Part shown: positions 7,305 to 13,879 of the stretch, one piece after another
How the letters are laid out: each line of letters starts with the position of its first letter
How positions within the stretch are numbered: the stretch's first letter is position 1
NCBI RefSeq assembly: GCF_000620785.1
Contig: NZ_JIAI01000018.1
Coordinates: 89,187 to 113,186 of the forward strand
Reading direction: 5' to 3'
DNA length: 24,000 nt
Source of the DNA: Pseudonocardia acaciae DSM 45401
Lineage (GTDB): Bacteria > Actinomycetota > Actinomycetes > Mycobacteriales > Pseudonocardiaceae
Made by a program: the position numbers and the translations under genes
The notes under the pieces: model-generated
Databases searched by the model: none
What the model was told of the DNA's origin: nothing
Seen by the model: the letters and a program-made list of their open reading frames with translations, nothing else

Positions 7305-8564
7305 ATGTTGAAGCCCGAAGAGAACGAGCTGTTGTGTCGCGTCGGCCCCGACACCGGCATGGGTGGGCTGCTGCGGCGCTACTGGCTGCCGGTCGCGTGC
7401 GGCGACGAGCTGGTTGCCGGCGGCGCTCCGATTCGAACCAGGCTGCTTTCGGAAGACCTGGTTGCGTTTCGTGATCCGGGCGGCCGGGTGGGGGTTCTGG
7501 ACGAGCACTGCCCGCACCGGGGGGCGTCGCTGAGCCTGGCCCGCAACGAGGAGTGCGGCCTTCGCTGCATCTACCACGGCTGGAAGATCGGCGCGGACGG
7601 TCGGGTTCGGGAGACGCCGTCCGAGCCGGAGTCGAGCTCGTTCCGGCATCGGATCAGGCACGCGGCGTACCCGGTCCACGAGAGCGGCGGCCTGGTGTGG
7701 GCCTACCTCGGCTCGCAGGACGCGCCGGAGCCTCGGGCCTTCGAGTGGACGCTGTTGCCCGCCTCCCATTACGTGGTGTTCAAGGCGCGGGTGGCCTGCA
7801 ACTGGGTCCAGGGGCTGGAAGGCGTGATCGACTCCGCGCACCTGACGCACCTGCACAAGGACCTGTTCTTCCGGGCCGGCGACGCGGCCGGCGGTGAGCG
7901 GCTGGGGTCGATCTCGATGGACGGAAGCCCTCGGCTGGAGATCGAGGACACCGCGTACGGCTTCCGTTACGCCGCGTTGCGGCGGGCCGGGGACGAGGCC
8001 AGCCGGCTGGTCCGCCTGTCCCATTTCGTGGCGCCGTGTTTCGGCCTGTTCGCCGGGCCGATGGCGCTGCCCAGCGTGCAGGCGTACGTGCCGGAGGACG
8101 ACCACAACACGGCGATGTACTTCGTGATCGCCGACCGGGAGAACCCCATCGGCGAGGACCTCAGGGCCGCGCTGCGCACGGCGCTGGGCATGGTTCCCGG
8201 GGTCGACCTGGACGCCGGGCTGCGCCGGGTCCGGCGCGCGGAGAACGGGTGGCTGCAGGACCGCGAGGCGATGGGGCGGGGGGAGACCTTCACCGGAATC
8301 GCGGGCGTGAACGCCGAGGACCAGGCCGTCCAGGAAAGCATGGGCAGGCTTTACGACCGCGGCCGTGAGCATCTCGGCACCAGCGATGTGGCGGTCATCC
8401 GGATGCGCCGCATCATGATCAATGCGGCTCGCCGGTACCTGCGGGGCGAGCGGGACGATCTGGTCGGGCTCGGCGCCGGCGCGCGGACCGACGAGCTGTG
8501 CGGGTTCGAACGGCTGGCCCCGGCGGCCGTCCCGTGGCAGGAACTGGTCGGTGCCGATGCCTGA
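7305..8564 (+). CDS. Rieske non-heme iron oxygenase, alpha subunit, phthalate-dioxygenase family (alpha-only type, like PDO/VanA/CarAa/LigXa)
   Basis: Rieske motif CPHRGASLSLARNEECGLRCIYHGW (CxH-x16-CxxH). Mononuclear iron motif DSAHLTHLH (D-x2-H-x4-H). The N-terminus EENELLCRVGPDTGMGGLLRRYWLPV is typical of this family. No beta-subunit gene follows. Confidence 0.9.
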   Translation: MLKPEENELLCRVGPDTGMGGLLRRYWLPVACGDELVAGGAPIRTRLLSEDLVAFRDPGGRVGVLDEHCPHRGASLSLARNEECGLRCIYHGWKIGADGRVRETPSEPESSSFRHRIRHAAYPVHESGGLVWAYLGSQDAPEPRAFEWTLLPASHYVVFKARVACNWVQGLEGVIDSAHLTHLHKDLFFRAGDAAGGERLGSISMDGSPRLEIEDTAYGFRYAALRRAGDEASRLVRLSHFVAPCFGLFAGPMALPSVQAYVPEDDHNTAMYFVIADRENPIGEDLRAALRTALGMVPGVDLDAGLRRVRRAENGWLQDREAMGRGETFTGIAGVNAEDQAVQESMGRLYDRGREHLGTSDVAVIRMRRIMINAARRYLRGERDDLVGLGAGARTDELCGFERLAPAAVPWQELVGADA

Positions 8565-8793
8565 GCGGCTGGTGTGGCGGGCCGGCGACGCGGAGGCGAC
8601 GACCGCGCAGCTGCTCGACGACGTGCGCCGGCTCATCGTCGAGGCGCGCGAGCGCGGCGAGGACCCCGGGGAGCTGGTCGTGGACGAGGCGACCCGGCGA
8701 GTGCTGGACCTGACCAAACGGCGTGAGGTGCAGCGCGGCCAGCCCGTGCTGGTGCTCGGGCTGCGCGTGGTGAGCGAGGAGCGGTCCCGATGA
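8557..8793 (+). CDS. Hypothetical small protein (78 aa), function unknown
   Basis: ATG 8557 overlaps the oxygenase stop by 8 nt (ATGCCTGA). Its stop overlaps the next start (ATGA 8790-8793). GC3 is about 90% when read codon by codon. I recognise no family. Confidence 0.55.
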   Translation: MPERLVWRAGDAEATTAQLLDDVRRLIVEARERGEDPGELVVDEATRRVLDLTKRREVQRGQPVLVLGLRVVSEERSR

Positions 8794-9152
8794 GCGTGCA
8801 CGTCGGTCGAGAGGCGGATTTCGCCGAGGGGGACCGCAGGCTCGTCGTGTCCGGCGACACCCAGATCGGGGTGTTCCGGTTGAGCGACGGGTTCGTCGCC
8901 TACGAGAACAAATGCGTGCACCAGGGTGGCCCGGTGTGCCAGGGGCAGTATTTCCCGAAAATGGAGGCCGTCCTGGACGCCGAGGGCCGGGTGCTGGGAG
9001 AACGGGCGAACCCCGGGATCGCGCATCTGGTGTGTCCGTGGCACAGCTGGGAGTACGACATACGCACCGGGCGGATGGCCGCCGATCCCAGGATTCGGCT
9101 GCGTCGTTTCGAGGTGGTCTGCCGGGATGGCGAGGTCTACGTTGTCGCCTGA
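8790..9152 (+). CDS. Rieske-type [2Fe-2S] ferredoxin-like protein (120 aa) with atypically long inter-motif spacing
   Basis: CVH (CxH) and CPWH (CxxH) motifs, with WEYDIRTG after the second motif as in Rieske ferredoxins. GAGGAG lies about 8 nt upstream of the ATG. It sits in an operon with a Rieske oxygenase. Confidence 0.8.
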   Translation: MSVHVGREADFAEGDRRLVVSGDTQIGVFRLSDGFVAYENKCVHQGGPVCQGQYFPKMEAVLDAEGRVLGERANPGIAHLVCPWHSWEYDIRTGRMAADPRIRLRRFEVVCRDGEVYVVA

Positions 9153-9420
9153 GCGAGCGGCCGAACTGTTGGAGTCGTATGTCGACGAGCCGGACCTGGT
9201 CGGCGACGACGAGGTCAGCCGACTTTTCACCGCGGCATTCCGGCTGTTCGTCCACCGCGCCCGCCAGGGACTGCATCCATTCGCCGGCGACGTCACGGCC
9301 ACCGACGTGGTGATCGCGGCGACCGCGATGCTGCGCCAGCAGAACCTGGAGGTCTTCGAGCTCGCACTGTGGCAGAGCTTCGGCGGGCAGCCGTGGGTGG
9401 GCGCGGACGGGAGGGAATGA
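9127..9420 (+). CDS. Hypothetical small protein (about 92-97 aa), function unknown
   Basis: This is the C-terminal part of track ORF 8926-9420. GC3 is about 87%. Its stop TGA 9418-9420 is embedded in the start region of the next gene. The start is uncertain: ATG 9127 gives a 26-nt overlap with the ferredoxin, while TTG 9142 is preceded by GAGG. I recognise no family. Confidence 0.5.
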   Translation: MARSTLSPERAAELLESYVDEPDLVGDDEVSRLFTAAFRLFVHRARQGLHPFAGDVTATDVVIAATAMLRQQNLEVFELALWQSFGGQPWVGADGRE

Positions 9421-9422
9421 CG

Positions 9423-10598
9423 ATGTCCTTGTACGACCGAAGCCAGGTGCCGGTCCCGAACATGCTCACGAACGCGCGCAAACAGGCCGAAGAACGCAAC
9501 CTGTACGACTTCACGATTGTCGACGTCGACTCGCACCACTACGAGGACACGTCGACCTGGCAGACCCTGGTGCCCTACATCGAGGACGACGGCATCAAGG
9601 CGTGGGCCAGGCACCAGTTCGACAGGCAGATGGCCACCCGCGCGGTCGGGGCGCCGATCGGCGACCAGGAGCTGGCCGGCCGCATCCTGCGCGGCGGGCT
9701 GGACGTCCCCGACGAGCTGCGCGCGGACCGGCACGACGGTCGAAACCCGCTGGTGGCGCGCACGCTGTGGGCCATGGACAACCTCGGCATCGACTACACC
9801 GTGCTGTTCCCCACCGTCATGTTGACCTTGGGGCTGCACCCGCAGGTGGAGGTCGAGGTCGCGCTCGCCCGCGCCTATGCGCGGTGGCTGACCCGTGATG
9901 TCCTGACCCGGGACGGGCGGATTCGGACGATGGTCTACCTCCCGTTCAACGACCCGGCCGCCGCGCTGCGCATGGTGCGCGAGTTCGCCGACGAACCCGG
10001 CGTGGTCGGTTTCATGGTGACCAGCGTCCGCTACCGCCAGGTGCACGCCAACGAGTACGTGCCGGTGTACGCGGAGCTGCAGGAGCGGGGCATGCCGCTG
10101 GCGTTCCACGCCGCGTACAACTGGCACGACCGGTCGATGGGAATGCTCAACAAGTTCATCTCCGTCCACGCCCTGGGTTTCACCACCACCAACATGATCC
10201 ACCTCACCAACATGGTGATGAACGGTATTCCGGAGCGTTTCCCCGGCCTGAAGGTGGTGTGGGTGGAAAGCGGCCTGGCCTGGATACCGTTCCTGATGCA
10301 GCGGCTGGACAACGAGTACCTGATGCGCTCCAGCGAGGCCCCGATGCTGACCCGGCTGCCCAGCGAGTACATGCGGGACATGTACTACTCCTCGCAGCCC
10401 ATGGAGCGCACGGCGAAGATCGAGGTCATCGAGAACACCTTCGACATGATCAATGCCGAGCGGCGCCTGCTGTACTCGTCCGACTATCCGCACTGGGACT
10501 TCGACACCCCCGCGGTGATCTACGACCTTCCTTTCCTGGGTGAGAAGGCCAAGCGCCGCATCCTGGGGGAGAACGCGATCGAGCTGTTCGGGCTCTGA
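9423..10598 (+). CDS. Amidohydrolase_2 (PF04909/COG2159-type) metal-dependent hydrolase/decarboxylase
   Basis: N-terminal ligand motif VDVDSHHYE and C-terminal YSSDYPHWDFD, typical of the ACMSD/LigW/LigY/LigJ superfamily. GGGAGGG at 9409-9415 is 7 nt before ATG 9423. ATG 9417 is an alternative start and would give an ATGA overlap. Confidence 0.85.
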   Translation: MSLYDRSQVPVPNMLTNARKQAEERNLYDFTIVDVDSHHYEDTSTWQTLVPYIEDDGIKAWARHQFDRQMATRAVGAPIGDQELAGRILRGGLDVPDELRADRHDGRNPLVARTLWAMDNLGIDYTVLFPTVMLTLGLHPQVEVEVALARAYARWLTRDVLTRDGRIRTMVYLPFNDPAAALRMVREFADEPGVVGFMVTSVRYRQVHANEYVPVYAELQERGMPLAFHAAYNWHDRSMGMLNKFISVHALGFTTTNMIHLTNMVMNGIPERFPGLKVVWVESGLAWIPFLMQRLDNEYLMRSSEAPMLTRLPSEYMRDMYYSSQPMERTAKIEVIENTFDMINAERRLLYSSDYPHWDFDTPAVIYDLPFLGEKAKRRILGENAIELFGL

Positions 10599-10612
10599 GG
10601 AGAGACGGGATC

Positions 10613-11641
10613 ATGGCAGAGATCTGCACGGTCATATGCACCTCGCATTCGCCGTACCTGTTCGCGTCCGCGCGAGAATGGCGGCAGGCGCGGGACGAAC
10701 GGTCCAGGCAGGGCACGCTCGACGAGGCGGTCCCGCTCGACACGCCCGAGGAGAACGAGCGGAAGTTCCAGCGGTGCATGACCGCCCTGGCCACGCTGCG
10801 CGAGCGGCTCGACGCCGCGCGCCCCGACGTGCTGCTGGTGTTCGGCGACGACCAGGGCGAGCAGTTCAGCTTCACCAACTTCCCGGCGTTGGGGATCTTC
10901 GTCGGCCCGGGCTTCGAGGGATACAAGGTGTCCCGCTACTTCGGGCTCCCGATCATCGGGACGGCGCGGCCGACCAGGCCGAAGAGCATCGAGCACTGGG
11001 TCGCGGTCAAGGGCCATCCGAACCTGGCCAGGTACCTGATGGAGACCCTGACCGAGGACCGGTTCGACCTGGCCTTCTGCACCGGGCTGGCGGACATCGA
11101 GGAGGGCATGGGCCACGCCTTCATGCGCCCGTCCTACTACCTGCGCCCGGACTACGACCTGCCCACCGTCCCGTTCTTCATCAACTGCTACTACGCGCCG
11201 CAGCCGACCGGGCTGCGCTGCTACCAGCTGGGCCGCGCGGTCCGGGCCCGGATCGAGGCGTGGGACCAGGACCTGCGGGTCGCGGTGATCGGCTCGGGCG
11301 GGCTGTGGCACACCCCGGGCATGGCCGACGCCGGCCTGGACGAGGAGTTCAACAGGGGAGTCCTGGAGGCCGTGCGCCTCGGCGACGCACGGGCGATGGC
11401 CGACCACTTCGACGGCTGGGCGCTGGGCGCCGCGAACGTCTCGGACCGGGACACCGAGGCGTTCGCGGTGGCCAGCGGCGGGACGGGCATGCGAGGCGGG
11501 CTGGGCAGCGGCAGCGGGGAGACCCGCAACTGGATAGCGGCCTCGGCGGTGGCCGACGGGGCGGCGGGCACCGTCGTCGACTACGTGCCCGTCTACGACT
11601 CGCCGGTCGGTATGGCCTTCGCCCACTGGGAGCGGCCGTGA
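10613..11641 (+). CDS. Class III extradiol ring-cleavage dioxygenase, LigB family (single-subunit type, 342 aa)
   Basis: By eye it aligns without gaps to LigB/MhpB segments I recall. These are CTSHSP (His12), FGDDQGEQFSFTNFPALGI (equivalent to NDHASAF..IPTFAIG), VKGHPNLA, GHAFMRP, GSGGLWHTPG (catalytic His) and GETRNWIAA (Glu ligand). GGAGAG RBS upstream. Confidence 0.85.
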   Translation: MAEICTVICTSHSPYLFASAREWRQARDERSRQGTLDEAVPLDTPEENERKFQRCMTALATLRERLDAARPDVLLVFGDDQGEQFSFTNFPALGIFVGPGFEGYKVSRYFGLPIIGTARPTRPKSIEHWVAVKGHPNLARYLMETLTEDRFDLAFCTGLADIEEGMGHAFMRPSYYLRPDYDLPTVPFFINCYYAPQPTGLRCYQLGRAVRARIEAWDQDLRVAVIGSGGLWHTPGMADAGLDEEFNRGVLEAVRLGDARAMADHFDGWALGAANVSDRDTEAFAVASGGTGMRGGLGSGSGETRNWIAASAVADGAAGTVVDYVPVYDSPVGMAFAHWERP

Positions 11642-11660
11642 CCGGGACGGGGTGCTGACC

Positions 11661-12752
11661 ATGTACCACGGCGTCGCCGTCATCGACACCCACGGACACA
11701 TGTCCACACCGCCACAGTTCCGCGCCTACGCCTACAACCTGATCGCGCTGCGCAGCCCGGCCGCGATGCGGCTGAGCATCCCCGACGAGCAGATGGACGG
11801 GGCGCTGCGCCGCCACCTGCGGATCATGGACGAGCGCGCCATCGACCTGCAGCTCGTCTCCCCCCGACCGGTGGCGATGATGCACTGGGAGCGGCCGTTC
11901 CTGGTCCAGGCGTGGACCGAGACCACGAACGACGTCATCGCGTCGCAGTGCCGTGCCCATCCGACCCGGCTGGCGGGGGTGGCGCAGCTGCCGCAGAGCT
12001 CCGAGTGCGACACCGCCAACTGCGTCGCCGAGCTGCAACGGCGGGTGGCCGAGGGCTTCGTGGGCGCGCTGGTCAACCCGGACCCCGGCGCGGACCGCCG
12101 CACGCCCGCGATGAGCGAGCCGTACTGGTTCCCGCTCTACGAGGCGGCGCAGGACCTGGGGGCGACGCTGGTCGTGCACCCGTCGATCAGCCGCGACCCC
12201 CGGCTGGAGGCCGTCTCCCACGGCTACCAGCAGCACAACATGGCCGAGGAGACGCTCGCGACGATGCATCTCGAACAGGGGGAGGTGTTCGAGCGCTACC
12301 CCGGCCTGCGGGTCCTGGTGTGCCACTGCGGCGGCGCGCCGCGCCGGCTGCTCCAGGCGGGGCAGCGACTGCGGGTGGGCGCCTCGGAGGTGGTGGTGCG
12401 GTCCAGCGCCGAACGGGAAGGCGGCCAGGTCGGCATGCCGGTCACCGAGGTGGCGCGGACCCGGCGGGACCTGCGCGCCAACCTGTTCTTCGACACCTGC
12501 GCCTACGACCCGGACTTCCTCGCGACGGCGATCAGGCAGCGCGGGGTGGCCCAGATGGTGTTCGGCACCGAGGCCCCCGGCGCCGGCACCGGCGTGCTCA
12601 ACCCGGTCACCGGCCGCCCCTCCGACGACCTGGTGCCGGTGATCGACGCGATGGACTTCCTCAGCGCCGAGGACCGAACCCAGATCCTGCACCACAACCC
12701 CCGCGCCGCGTTCCCCCTGTTGCCCGAGCCCCAGGCGAGGAAAAGCCGATGA
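11661..12752 (+). CDS. Amidohydrolase_2 family protein, LigJ-like (4-oxalomesaconate hydratase-type)
   Basis: IDTHGH (HxH), DLQLVSPRP, VNPDP, YWFPLYEAA, VCHCGGA, LFFDTCAY and FGTEAPGAG..LSAEDRTQILHHN parallel the LigJ sequence as I remember it. GTG 11652 is an alternative start. The stop overlaps the next start (ATGA 12749-12752). Confidence 0.8.
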   Translation: MYHGVAVIDTHGHMSTPPQFRAYAYNLIALRSPAAMRLSIPDEQMDGALRRHLRIMDERAIDLQLVSPRPVAMMHWERPFLVQAWTETTNDVIASQCRAHPTRLAGVAQLPQSSECDTANCVAELQRRVAEGFVGALVNPDPGADRRTPAMSEPYWFPLYEAAQDLGATLVVHPSISRDPRLEAVSHGYQQHNMAEETLATMHLEQGEVFERYPGLRVLVCHCGGAPRRLLQAGQRLRVGASEVVVRSSAEREGGQVGMPVTEVARTRRDLRANLFFDTCAYDPDFLATAIRQRGVAQMVFGTEAPGAGTGVLNPVTGRPSDDLVPVIDAMDFLSAEDRTQILHHNPRAAFPLLPEPQARKSR

Positions 12753-13879
12753 ACGAGCCGTTGCTGCTTGTGCCCGGTCCGTGCACCGTCGAGCCCGACG
12801 TGCTCGCCACCCTCGGGCGGCCCGTCCCGCTTCACTACGGACCGCACTGGACGGCCACCTACGACCGGCTGCGGCGGCAGCTGGCGGAGGTGTTCGGTAC
12901 CGCCGGCGAGGTCCACCTGTTGTTCGGGCCCGGCTCGGCCGGCATGGAGATGACCTTGGGCAGCGTCCTCGCGCCCGGCGACGAGCTGGTCGTGGTGGTG
13001 GAGGGCATCTTCGGGCAGCGGCTGGTCGAGATCGCGCGGACGTTGGGCCTGGTCGTGCACGAGCTGCGCACCGAGGGCACCCGGCCGGCGGGCGGTGAGG
13101 AGCTTGCCGCGATGCTGGGCGGGCACCCGGCCGTTCGGGCGGTCGCGATGGTGCACCACGAGACGGGGACGGGCGTGCTCACCCCGGTCGAGCGGCTGTG
13201 CCGCACCGCCAGGGCGGCGGGGCTGATCACCGTGGTGGACGCGATCTCCTCGCTGGGCGGCGCGCCGCTGCGGATGGACGACTGGGGTGTCGATCTGTGC
13301 GTCACGGTGGCCAACAAGTGCCTCGGCGGGCCGGTCGGGGTGGCGCCGGTCGCGGTGGGTCCCCGCGCGCTGGAGCTGATCAGCGCCCCGCCCGCGCGGC
13401 GGCGCAAGGCGGTCGGGTGGTACCTCGACCTGGCCACCTGGCACCGCTATCAGGACATGTGGTCCAGCTGGCACCCGCACCCGACCACGATGCCCGGCAA
13501 CGTGGTGCACGCGCTCGCCACCGCGACGGACCGGATCTTCGAGGTCGGGCTGGACGCGCACCATCGGCGGATCGCCGCCGCCGCGCGGCAGGCCCGGGGT
13601 GGGCTGCGCGCCCTCGGCCTGTGCACCCTGGTGCCGGACGAGATCGCCGCCCCGGCGGTGACCTCGGTGCGGGCGCCGGACGGCATGGACGTCGACCACT
13701 ACCTGCGATGGCTGGTCGACAAGCACGGCATGCTGGCCGCGGCCGGGCTGCCCCCGCACGCCGGCGCCTCGTTCCGGGTCGGGCACATGGGCCGGGCCGC
13801 CGAGCCAGGGGTCGTCACCGACTGGTTGGACGCCACCCGGGACTACCTGCGCATCGAGGGCATCGGGGCGCGGTCGTGA
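12749..13879 (+). CDS. Class V (AGXT/PhnW-like) PLP-dependent aminotransferase
   Basis: This is the last 376 codons of track ORF 11912-13879. It has LLLVPGPCTV at the N-terminus. The PLP-lysine motif VTVANKCLGGP resembles the SANKC motif of 2-aminoethylphosphonate:pyruvate aminotransferase rather than the SQK of AGT-type enzymes. Start and stop are both coupled to neighbours. Confidence 0.85.
   Translation: MNEPLLLVPGPCTVEPDVLATLGRPVPLHYGPHWTATYDRLRRQLAEVFGTAGEVHLLFGPGSAGMEMTLGSVLAPGDELVVVVEGIFGQRLVEIARTLGLVVHELRTEGTRPAGGEELAAMLGGHPAVRAVAMVHHETGTGVLTPVERLCRTARAAGLITVVDAISSLGGAPLRMDDWGVDLCVTVANKCLGGPVGVAPVAVGPRALELISAPPARRRKAVGWYLDLATWHRYQDMWSSWHPHPTTMPGNVVHALATATDRIFEVGLDAHHRRIAAAARQARGGLRALGLCTLVPDEIAAPAVTSVRAPDGMDVDHYLRWLVDKHGMLAAAGLPPHAGASFRVGHMGRAAEPGVVTDWLDATRDYLRIEGIGARS

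Noticed and set aside
7239-10493. The largest ORF in the window (1084 aa, minus strand), antisense to the Rieske, ferredoxin and amidohydrolase genes.
   Set aside because: It is an antisense shadow ORF typical of high-GC DNA. Its translation is Arg/Pro/Gly/His/Val-rich and low in complexity, with no recognisable motif. The plus-strand frames carry clear family motifs, RBSs and coupled starts. The high-GC position of its codons is the wobble position of the plus-strand genes.
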